Assembly: GCA_048617235.1 (NCBI GenBank)
Contig: JBMCHT010000003.1
Location: 17,958-81,957, forward strand
From: Patescibacteria group bacterium
GTDB lineage: Bacteria > Patescibacteriota > Minisyncoccia > Phycocordibacterales > XYD1-FULL-46-19
Length of the DNA stretch: 64,000 bases
Reading direction: 5' to 3'
Shown: in pieces, positions 39,110 through 47,596 of the stretch
Layout: the number at the start of each line of letters is the position of its first letter
How positions within the stretch are numbered: position 1 is the stretch's first letter
Translations under genes and position numbers: made by a program
Notes under the pieces: model-generated
Databases searched by the model: none
Seen by the model: the letters and a program-made list of their open reading frames with translations, nothing else
What the model was told of the DNA's origin: nothing

Positions 39110-40255
39110 TTAATCCATTAAAACCTCTAAACCCGGTAAATTACCCTGAGCCAAAAAGTCCAACATAGCTCCGCCACCGGTGGAAACAAAGCTAAATTTA
39201 TCCACCAAACCGTAATCCACCAAAGCCGCTACCGTATCTCCGCCACCAACTACCGTAAATATATCAGATTTAGCGGTTAATTTTTCAGCCAAAGTTAAAG
39301 TTCCCTTATTAAACCCGGATTCAAAATTACCCAAGGGTCCATTCCAAACCACCATCTCCGCCTGAGAAGCCAAAGTCGCCGCCTGAGCGGCCGCTTTCTG
39401 TCCAATATCTCCAATAACTTCATCGGCTAAGACTTCGGTAACCGCTTTAGTTATTCGCTGACCGGAGCCGGTTTCCACTTCCACCTCTTCCGGTAAAATA
39501 ATTTTGGTTTCATTTTTATAAGCATCTAATAAAGATAAATCTTCTTCTACTATTGAATGTCCCACCGGTAAACCTCTGGCTTTTAAAAAACTGTTAACCA
39601 AAGCACCCCCTATAAAAACGCCTTCCACTTTTGGTAAAAACTTATCCAAAACCGGCACTTTAGTGGCAAACTTTAAACCACCTAAAATTAAAAAGGTTTT
39701 AGCTTCAGTATTTAAAACTTTATTTAAATTTTCAATTTCAGCCAATAAGCGATAGCCCCCAAAAGCCGGTAAAGATTGAGGTATACCGACCATAGAAGCA
39801 TGTTCTCGATGACAGACCGAAAAAGCTTCATTAACATAATAATCCCCCCAACCGGCAAGCAACCGGCCAAATTCTTCAGTATTTCTTTTTTCACCTTCAT
39901 TAAAACGAAGATTTTCAATCACCATAACCGCTCCGGCCGGTTTTTGTTTTATTTCATCTCCGGCTGTATTTAAATCCGGAATCCAATCCGTCGCTAAAAA
40001 ATTCCGATTAAAATAAGAAGCTACCGGCTCTAAACTTTTATTATCTCCGGCATGGCTAATAATAACCACCTTGGCTCCGGCTTTGGCTAAAGCCGACACA
40101 GTCGGATAGGCCGTCTGTAAACGGTAATCATCAGTTACTTGTCCATTATGTACCGGGACATTGAAATCAACTCTCACTATCACCGTCTTGGTGGTTAAAT
40201 CTTCTTGTAATAAAAGATCTACCGATTTTATTTTTTTAAATTCCATATCCGTCAT
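39110..40255 (-). CDS. pgk: Phosphoglycerate kinase
   Basis: VRVDFNVP N-terminal motif. 381 aa. Confidence 0.95.
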   Translation of the reverse strand: MTDMEFKKIKSVDLLLQEDLTTKTVIVRVDFNVPVHNGQVTDDYRLQTAYPTVSALAKAGAKVVIISHAGDNKSLEPVASYFNRNFLATDWIPDLNTAGDEIKQKPAGAVMVIENLRFNEGEKRNTEEFGRLLAGWGDYYVNEAFSVCHREHASMVGIPQSLPAFGGYRLLAEIENLNKVLNTEAKTFLILGGLKFATKVPVLDKFLPKVEGVFIGGALVNSFLKARGLPVGHSIVEEDLSLLDAYKNETKIILPEEVEVETGSGQRITKAVTEVLADEVIGDIGQKAAAQAATLASQAEMVVWNGPLGNFESGFNKGTLTLAEKLTAKSDIFTVVGGGDTVAALVDYGLVDKFSFVSTGGGAMLDFLAQGNLPGLEVLMD

Positions 40256-40258
40256 AAA

Positions 40259-41020
40259 CTAAAAAGAATTCATTACTTGTCTAAACTGTGAAGACATCAA
40301 AGATACACGTCCAACCAATAAACCATCCGCTCGGCCGGCAGTTAAAAAACCACCGGCATTACCGGCATTAACCGATCCGCCATATAATACCGGTATAGTC
40401 ATTGCTTTTTCTTGACTAACAATACCAGCTAAAACTTTGCGAATAAATAAAGCATTTTGTAAAAATCCTTCAGGACTGTCTCCGCTTTTGGCTTTGGCTC
40501 CAATTGCCCAAACCGGCTCATAGGCCACCATAATTTTAGCCACATCGGCTTTTTTAACACCGGATAAGCCTTGTTTTAATTGATCTTCCAAAACCTTCAA
40601 ATATTGTCCGGCTTCATCTCTTTCGGTTTCTCCAATACATAAAACAGGTTGTAACCCAGCCTTCAAAACAGCTTTTAATTTTTTATTAACCGTTTGGTTA
40701 TCATCGGTAAAACTTCTCATTTCCGAATGACCCACTAAAACTTTACCGGCTCCAACTGAATAAGCCATAGTGGCAGCCACTCGACCGGTATAAGCTCCTC
40801 TTTCTTCCCAAAAAACATCCTGAATTCCGAAAGATAATTTACTTTTTTTAAATTCACTCGCCAATAAAGACAAAAAAACTGTCGGTGGGCAAACTACTAG
40901 CTCCACTTTTTTATTTTTCTTCAAATCTTCTTTATAGGCCTGAGCTAACCTTTTAGCCTCAACCAATGTTTGAGGATTCATTTTCCAATTGGCAATAATT
41001 ATTTTTTTATTCTGAGCCAT
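40259..41020 (-). CDS. tpiA: Triosephosphate isomerase
   Basis: IANWKMN and AYEPVWAIG motifs. 253 aa. Confidence 0.95.
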   Translation of the reverse strand: MAQNKKIIIANWKMNPQTLVEAKRLAQAYKEDLKKNKKVELVVCPPTVFLSLLASEFKKSKLSFGIQDVFWEERGAYTGRVAATMAYSVGAGKVLVGHSEMRSFTDDNQTVNKKLKAVLKAGLQPVLCIGETERDEAGQYLKVLEDQLKQGLSGVKKADVAKIMVAYEPVWAIGAKAKSGDSPEGFLQNALFIRKVLAGIVSQEKAMTIPVLYGGSVNAGNAGGFLTAGRADGLLVGRVSLMSSQFRQVMNSF

Positions 41021-41041
41021 ATTAAATGATTATATCATAAA

Positions 41042-42805
41042 CTATTCCACTTCTCGCCAACGGACAACCGCCGGCCCCCCGGAGGGTCCGCTGGTAAAAT
41101 TAATATTAGCCAAACCGGAATCATAAGTAACCGTAGTCGCTCCAGACATAGTAATCCGGTGGGCAGTAGCTTCATTGGCATGAGCGCTACCGGAAAAGTT
41201 TATGGTTCCTTTTTGAGCATTTAAAATAATAGCTCCGGAAGCACCGGTAATATTTACCGCCGAACCATTACCACAATCAAGCCCCAGCGGACACATACTG
41301 GTAGTTAGCAATAAAATATAACTATCACTATGACCGGAACCCTCAACCGGAGCCGAGCCTCCTAAGGTTACTCGCCCGTCGGCAATTACCACCCCGGAAT
41401 CCGACCCATACAAAGGATCTAATTTTAATTTAGCAGATCCGGTTAAGGAAATATCTCCGGTTACCCATAAAGTTCCGGTAACCGTTAAAACTCCGGAATT
41501 ATTAATAGACAAATTTCCTTCTATTTTAGCCGGTCCCAATTCCGTTTGATCCACTCCTCCGACACTAACATCACCGGCAATAACCTCCCCGGCCTCGGCT
41601 TGGCTTTTCCAAAAATCTATTTGACTTTGCTCTATAGGAAAAGGCTCCGGCTCCGGTAAAGTCTGAGAAGTATCGCAAGTTTTATTATTGCCACTACCTT
41701 CTTGGCAATACAAATTACCTTCCACTTCGGAATTATTAACGGTATAAGCGTGAGCATCCCCTTCACCGTCTGTACCGATTTTTGAATCACTAATCAAAGA
41801 ATTTTTACCTCCTAAATTTATACGGTAATAAGCCTCAACTTCGGAAATCACAATCCAGTCACCACCATATTGACCGGTCATCACTACGGAACCGGTACCA
41901 GCACCCCAATAATAAAAACGACTATGATGACTGCCACCATCTAAAACCAACCAATATGCCTCATCAGCAAATAGAGCCGGCTGATTATTAAATTCAACCG
42001 TAATCCAATCATAATCACTATTAACTTCACTTTGATTCAAATTAGCCTGAGCTATCACAGTAGTTCCCGGTTGATTATTCTCATCCAACACTATTTTAGC
42101 AGTTAAATCTGAAGGATTACCTTCTTGTTTTAAATAAACTTCTATTGAATTCAAAAAATCTGTTTCTGTTGTAGAAAATTTAATCGCCACATCTTCTGTT
42201 TCTTTAGCTTGTCCAAATTGTAAATCTGTTGTCAGTTCAGCCGACTCTTCATTGCCTGCTCCCAACCAAATTTCCGGACTACCGGCAGCTATAGCCGAAC
42301 CGGTAATAAAAGAAGCACCGGAACCTAAGATATCATTATTGGAATAAACATTACCAATTACTCCGGAGCTACCGGATAATTCAAAACCTCCCTGGCCGGC
42401 TTGAATACCGTAATTAAAAGCTACTCCTGTTCCAACTGTTAATTCTGCTTCCATGACTCTAATCCGATTATTTAAATCACCAATCGCTGTTACTCTGGTT
42501 AAACCACCGGCTAATTGCTCTGTAGTTATTTCAACTTCGGCCTCGGCTAAATCATAAGATTCTACTTGGTCTACTTCCCAACCGGAAGATAATCTATAGA
42601 CCACATCCCCCAATCCGGCCTCGGCTACATATAAACTTTGTTTAGAACGGTTTAAATCAGCTGTTCGTTGCAGTTGACTGGCAGCTACCGGTGCCACTGT
42701 AGCCAAAACAATGGCCGAAACCAACATTATTACCAAAGCGGCAATGATAATAGTTTGTCCTTGTTGTGAATTTTTAATCATATTATCTAAAAATACCGGC
42801 ACCAA
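41042..42805 (-). CDS. PilX-like minor pilin with large beta-rich C-terminal domain (putative pilus tip or adhesin component)
   Basis: N-terminus QQGQTIIIAALVIMLVSAIVLA resembles PilX/GspK-type minor pilins. About 530 aa of Gly/Ser/Thr-rich extracellular-type sequence. Alternative start MIKNSQQG at 42781. Confidence 0.55.
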   Translation of the reverse strand: MVPVFLDNMIKNSQQGQTIIIAALVIMLVSAIVLATVAPVAASQLQRTADLNRSKQSLYVAEAGLGDVVYRLSSGWEVDQVESYDLAEAEVEITTEQLAGGLTRVTAIGDLNNRIRVMEAELTVGTGVAFNYGIQAGQGGFELSGSSGVIGNVYSNNDILGSGASFITGSAIAAGSPEIWLGAGNEESAELTTDLQFGQAKETEDVAIKFSTTETDFLNSIEVYLKQEGNPSDLTAKIVLDENNQPGTTVIAQANLNQSEVNSDYDWITVEFNNQPALFADEAYWLVLDGGSHHSRFYYWGAGTGSVVMTGQYGGDWIVISEVEAYYRINLGGKNSLISDSKIGTDGEGDAHAYTVNNSEVEGNLYCQEGSGNNKTCDTSQTLPEPEPFPIEQSQIDFWKSQAEAGEVIAGDVSVGGVDQTELGPAKIEGNLSINNSGVLTVTGTLWVTGDISLTGSAKLKLDPLYGSDSGVVIADGRVTLGGSAPVEGSGHSDSYILLLTTSMCPLGLDCGNGSAVNITGASGAIILNAQKGTINFSGSAHANEATAHRITMSGATTVTYDSGLANINFTSGPSGGPAVVRWREVE

Positions 42806-43280
42806 CTATTTCCACCTCTTTTAAACCAGCTCGTTCATGCTCTAAAATAAGTCGCCAGCGTACCCCTTGATTATCCTCAACCGGCCAAAGATAAAATTCA
42901 TTCACTGTTATTTTGGACGATATGAGTGAATCGGAAACATCGGTGGAGGTTTGCCATAACAGGTCACCTTCGGCTGTAGCTTGAAATTCTTCTTGACCCT
43001 CTGAGGTTATTAAAGTTAAACGACCGAAATCGGTTTCCAAATCACTATTGGTTAAATCATAACTACCGGCTTGTTTAATTGTTCTGGTTAATTGCTCAGA
43101 AACGGCTATTACCGTATCATTTAACTCAGCTCGAGCTTTAAAATCTGCCGTTAAACGCCAAATTAAAAGAAAAACAGAAACAAAAACAACCATCAATAAT
43201 CCCAACAAAGCAACATAAACCATCATCTCTATTAAAGTAAAACCGTTGGTTCTTTTTTTATTAAATAAATATTTAAACAT
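42783..43280 (-). CDS. Type IV prepilin-like protein (minor pilin)
   Basis: Leader MFKYLFNKKRTNG, then FTLIEMM (F+1, E+5) and a hydrophobic helix. Start set at M32 of the ORF-track ORF. Confidence 0.7.
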   Translation of the reverse strand: MFKYLFNKKRTNGFTLIEMMVYVALLGLLMVVFVSVFLLIWRLTADFKARAELNDTVIAVSEQLTRTIKQAGSYDLTNSDLETDFGRLTLITSEGQEEFQATAEGDLLWQTSTDVSDSLISSKITVNEFYLWPVEDNQGVRWRLILEHERAGLKEVEIVGAGIFR

Positions 43281-43284
43281 AAAA

Positions 43285-43791
43285 CTAATCACTAGCTCCA
43301 AAATAATTATTAAAAAGATAAGCCTCCAATTCTTCAAATTGCTCTCCGGATCTATCTTGCCACCTGACTTCAATTACCACTTTTAAAGTATCCGGGTCAA
43401 TTGAACCGTCGGTTGTCAGACGACCATTGGCATCTCGTTCCACCTGACTAAAAATAATTTGCCGATCAAAACCAAAAACTGATTCAGTTTCGGCTTCGGC
43501 TAAAACCCAGGTATTATCTTCAGCCGACCAAAAAACATCATAAGCCAAACCGAAAGTTAAATCCTGAAAATTATCCGACCAATCATTAGCTAAATAAAAT
43601 AAAGCTTCAGCTGCTTCCTCAGTATAAAAAGAAGCCACCGACCGATTAAGAGCCAACTGTCCGGCTTGATTGGCTCGTGTTAGTCCACCAATTAAAACCA
43701 TAATTACTACCGAAGCCAAAGTCACCCCGATTAACACTTCCAACAAAGACCAACCGGATTTTCCAGAAACACTTTTATTTAAAAAATTCAT
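43285..43791 (-). CDS. Type IV prepilin-like protein (minor pilin)
   Basis: Leader ...SGKSG, then WSLLEVLIG (E+5) and a hydrophobic helix. 168 aa. Confidence 0.65.
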   Translation of the reverse strand: MNFLNKSVSGKSGWSLLEVLIGVTLASVVIMVLIGGLTRANQAGQLALNRSVASFYTEEAAEALFYLANDWSDNFQDLTFGLAYDVFWSAEDNTWVLAEAETESVFGFDRQIIFSQVERDANGRLTTDGSIDPDTLKVVIEVRWQDRSGEQFEELEAYLFNNYFGASD

Positions 43792-43816
43792 TATTAAAAA
43801 TATTTTACCATAATCT

Positions 43817-44281
43817 TTAAGAATCAGTCATCGTTCTAATCTGACCGGCGGCCGAGACTGAAATGATTCGCTTTTTATCCGGATTGGTTGCCGACCACAA
43901 AACAACCTCTCCCACCGCTAATGGCCGGCCGGTTAAACGCTTAAAAATTACTTGTGACTGACCATTAAAATCTGCATTTAAAACCAAACCGGCCGGTAAT
44001 AAATACTGTCGATTATTCTCTTTACCTTCCTCATATTCCAAGCCACTGAATAAAATTAAACGATTTTCTTCAAAATAAACCCCATAATTGGTTCGCTGAA
44101 CAGAAGATAAAGTTTTAGATTTAGCGGTTTCCAAAACCTCAACTACTAAAATTTCGGCTGTTTCCAATTGAGTTGTTTTTTGAAAACTCCCAATAGTCCA
44201 CAAAGCTATACCGGCTAAAATAGTTAAAATAACTATAACTATAATTAATTCCAATAAAGAAAAACCTGATTGTTTTATCAT
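43817..44281 (-). CDS. Type IV pilin (candidate major pilin)
   Basis: Leader MIKQSG, then FSLLELIIVIVILTILAGIAL (class III signal: G-1, F+1, E+5). 154 aa. Directly downstream of pilC. Confidence 0.75.
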   Translation of the reverse strand: MIKQSGFSLLELIIVIVILTILAGIALWTIGSFQKTTQLETAEILVVEVLETAKSKTLSSVQRTNYGVYFEENRLILFSGLEYEEGKENNRQYLLPAGLVLNADFNGQSQVIFKRLTGRPLAVGEVVLWSATNPDKKRIISVSAAGQIRTMTDS

Positions 44282-44285
44282 AAAA

Positions 44286-45494
44286 TTATATAGCTTCAGT
44301 TAAAGAATACATTGGACCAATCATTGATAATGCAAAAAATCCAACCGCCACTCCAATTACCACCATCAAAACCGGTTCAATCACAGTAGAAAGATTTTTA
44401 GTTACTTGATCCACTTCAGACTCAAACCAATCAGCTCCTCGAGTAAGCATGGCCGGCAGACGACCGGTTTCTTCTCCCACTTCTGTTAGCTCTGAAGCCA
44501 AGGGTAAAAATAAATGCTCGTAATCTCTAAAAACTCCGGATAGAGTTTCTCCGGTTTGAACTCTTTTTTTAGCTTCTTGTAAAGCCTCTTTATAATAATA
44601 ATTTTGAATTACTTGTTCGGTAATTTTTAAAGTTTCTATCATACTAACTCCGGAAGTAATCAGAGAGCCGGTAGTTCTTAAAACCACCGCCGAATTAACT
44701 TTACGAGTTAAACCGGAAATAAATGGTATATGCAACAATAACCAAGATAATATTTTTTTACCAACGGGTTGTCGTAAGCCAACAACCACTCCTAAAACCA
44801 AAATCAATAAAATTCCCAAAAGTGGTAACCAAAAAGCCGCCAACCAACTACTGATAGCCATTACTATTTGAGTGGAAATAGGCAATTCCGCTTCCAGTTC
44901 TTCAAACATCATAGTTAAATTGGGCACCAAGAAAATCATCATCAAAGCTCCTACAACTACAATGGCACAAATTATAATTGCCGGATAAATCATAGCCCCT
45001 TTAACTTGGCGTCTTAAATTATAATTTTTACTCAATTGATCAGCTATTGCTTGTAAAGATTCCGGTAAGCCACCAGATTCTTCACCCACAGCCACCATAG
45101 AAATAAATACCGGCGGAAAAGCCGAAGGGAAAGCTTTTAAAGCCTTAGATAGACTGTCTCCTGAATTAATTCTTTCAATTACTGCTTCCAAAATCCGAAC
45201 CAAAGTCTGGCTCTTAGATTGTCGCTTAATCACCTCCAATGACCGAGTTAAAGATAAGCCGGCACTTAACATGGCAGATAAGTTGCTGGCCAATAAAATT
45301 TGGTCTTTAATTCCTAAAGTAGGTTCCAACCATCTATCCCAAAATTTAACTCCGGCTCCCTTAGCTGGCCGAGCCGAAACTAAAATTTTACCTTCAGTTC
45401 TCAACTGTCGAGCCAATTCATATTTATCTTTAGCCTCAACTACGCCGGTATAATCCTGACCGGCTTCATCTTTGGCTTTGTAATCTAATTTCAT
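44286..45494 (-). CDS. pilC: Type IV pilus platform protein PilC (GspF family)
   Basis: Two T2SSF repeats with 3 TM helices. 402 aa. Adjacent to pilB. Confidence 0.85.
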   Translation of the reverse strand: MKLDYKAKDEAGQDYTGVVEAKDKYELARQLRTEGKILVSARPAKGAGVKFWDRWLEPTLGIKDQILLASNLSAMLSAGLSLTRSLEVIKRQSKSQTLVRILEAVIERINSGDSLSKALKAFPSAFPPVFISMVAVGEESGGLPESLQAIADQLSKNYNLRRQVKGAMIYPAIIICAIVVVGALMMIFLVPNLTMMFEELEAELPISTQIVMAISSWLAAFWLPLLGILLILVLGVVVGLRQPVGKKILSWLLLHIPFISGLTRKVNSAVVLRTTGSLITSGVSMIETLKITEQVIQNYYYKEALQEAKKRVQTGETLSGVFRDYEHLFLPLASELTEVGEETGRLPAMLTRGADWFESEVDQVTKNLSTVIEPVLMVVIGVAVGFFALSMIGPMYSLTEAI

Positions 45495-45499
45495 AAAAT

Positions 45500-47257
45500 T
45501 TATTCACTAATAACACGTAAAACTTCTTCAATGGCGGTTACTCCCATAGCCGATTTAACTAAACCATCTTCTAACATAGACAACATACCCTCTTTTCTGG
45601 CTTGTTCATCTATACTGGAAGTACTGGCTCCGGTTAAAATAAGCTCTCTAATAGCCGGTGAAAAAGTTAAGACTTCCTGAATTCCAATACGACCGGAATA
45701 GCCGTCAGATTCTTTACCGGTTGATTTTGGTTTATAAAATTCAAGCTGATGCCAATCAAAATTATCATTATTTTCAATCACTTCATTGTCTATCAATATT
45801 TGTTTTAATCTATCTTCTTTAATATGTCGAGACAAACTCTTAAATTCTTGTTCGGTTAAAGTTGTTTTTTGTCGGGATTGATCTAAACGCCTAACCAACC
45901 TCTGGCCAACCACCACTTTGACGGTAGAGGCCAATAAAAACGGCTCTACCCCCATATCCACCAATCGCGGTAAAGCCCCGGCAGCTGAGTTGGTATGTAG
46001 AGTAGATAATACCAAATGCCCGGTTAAAGCGGCATTTATAGCTAAAGAGGCCGTTTCCGAATCCCTAATCTCTCCTACCATAATAATATCCGGATCTTGA
46101 CGCACTAAAGATCTTAAACCGGCTGAGAAAGTTAAACCAATATCCGGTTTAACTTGAGTCTGATTAATCCGAGGCATTTGGTATTCTATGGGATCCTCAA
46201 TAGTAGAAATATTAACATCCGGTGTATTTAATAATTCCAATAAAGCATATAAGGTAGTAGATTTACCGGAACCGGTGGGACCGGTAACTAAAATTAAACC
46301 GGTCTTGTTTCTAATAGCCTCTTGCATTCTTTCCAAACTTAAATGATGAAAACCGACTTGTTCCAAAGATAAACCTTGACTGTTATCCGGCAACAATCTC
46401 ATAACTATTTTTTCACCATAATAAGTTGGTAAAATAGATACTCGAAAAGAAATATTTCCTCTGGCACTTTTAATTTTAAACCGGCCATCTTGTGGCAATC
46501 TTTTTTCATCCAAACGCAAATTAGACAAAACCTTTAAACGAGCGGTTAAACCAGGGCCCACCTCTTTAGGTAAAACCATGGCATCATGCAAAATTCCATC
46601 AATCCGGTAACGAATTATCACTTCTTGTTCAAAAGTTTCAATATGAATATCCGAAGCTTTTTGCATCACCGCATGAGACAATAAAGTATCAACAATTCGT
46701 ACCACCGGCAAATCTTCAGCTAACTCCTTCAATCCGCTTTCACTTATTTCCTCATCTGCTCCTATTTTTTTCAAGGATTTAACTTCCTCTTTAATTATAT
46801 CTCCAAATTCCGCCTTTAAACTTCTTTGGTATTGCAACAAAGCTTCTTTTATAGATTCTGTATCTGTTAATCGGGGTAAAATCCGTAAACCAACCGACTT
46901 TTTAATAAAATCAATCGCGGTTAAATCATCCGGATCCAACATAGCCACCTCTAGTTCTTTATCGTTTTTATTAAAAGCCACTATATTATGCTTGCGAGCC
47001 ACCGGTTCCGGAATTAAAGACAAAACCTCTTTATCTATTTTGGCTTTTTTTAAATTAACAAAAGGCACTCCCAAAACATAAGCTTTAACTTTTCTTAACT
47101 CATCTTTGGAAACATAACCATCAGATACCAAACGATCAAATAACTTTTTTTCATCTTCTCCAACTTCAGTTAATAAACGATCAAAGTCCCCGGCTTTAAT
47201 TAAACCGGTATCCAACAAAAACTTTTTAACTTCCAAGAGGCTGGTTTTCATTACCAT
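45500..47257 (-). CDS. pilB: Type IV pilus assembly ATPase PilB (GspE family)
   Basis: Walker A GPTGSGKSTT. GspE N-domain. Tetracysteine region absent or variant. 585 aa. Confidence 0.88.
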   Translation of the reverse strand: MVMKTSLLEVKKFLLDTGLIKAGDFDRLLTEVGEDEKKLFDRLVSDGYVSKDELRKVKAYVLGVPFVNLKKAKIDKEVLSLIPEPVARKHNIVAFNKNDKELEVAMLDPDDLTAIDFIKKSVGLRILPRLTDTESIKEALLQYQRSLKAEFGDIIKEEVKSLKKIGADEEISESGLKELAEDLPVVRIVDTLLSHAVMQKASDIHIETFEQEVIIRYRIDGILHDAMVLPKEVGPGLTARLKVLSNLRLDEKRLPQDGRFKIKSARGNISFRVSILPTYYGEKIVMRLLPDNSQGLSLEQVGFHHLSLERMQEAIRNKTGLILVTGPTGSGKSTTLYALLELLNTPDVNISTIEDPIEYQMPRINQTQVKPDIGLTFSAGLRSLVRQDPDIIMVGEIRDSETASLAINAALTGHLVLSTLHTNSAAGALPRLVDMGVEPFLLASTVKVVVGQRLVRRLDQSRQKTTLTEQEFKSLSRHIKEDRLKQILIDNEVIENNDNFDWHQLEFYKPKSTGKESDGYSGRIGIQEVLTFSPAIRELILTGASTSSIDEQARKEGMLSMLEDGLVKSAMGVTAIEEVLRVISE

Positions 47258-47292
47258 TATTATAACAATTTAAAACCAAGACAACAAAAAAT

Positions 47293-47595
47293 TTAATCGG
47301 AATAGTTTTTATCTTTTATATCTTGAGCCAAGCGATACATTTTTTCTTCCTCAGTAGTTACTCCCAAATTATGTTCTCTTTGGTTATCTACAGCTTGCAT
47401 AAAAACAATAGCCGCTTCCAAATATAAATCATAATCTTCCAAAGGGATATCTAAAGGTTCTCCCCGATAATCTTGATTGACTTTATTCAACCGATCCCAA
47501 GCCTTGTCTCTGCTCAACTCCGAACCGGTCTGCTCTTCCAATAAGTCTTGAGCTGTTTGTTTCATGAAGTTTTTATCTGAATTTTCATGAAACAT
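47293..47595 (-). CDS. Hypothetical acidic cytoplasmic protein (100 aa)
   Basis: ORF with no TM helix and no recognisable motif, between pilB and the large surface protein. Confidence 0.4.
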   Translation of the reverse strand: MFHENSDKNFMKQTAQDLLEEQTGSELSRDKAWDRLNKVNQDYRGEPLDIPLEDYDLYLEAAIVFMQAVDNQREHNLGVTTEEEKMYRLAQDIKDKNYSD

Positions 47596-47596
47596 A

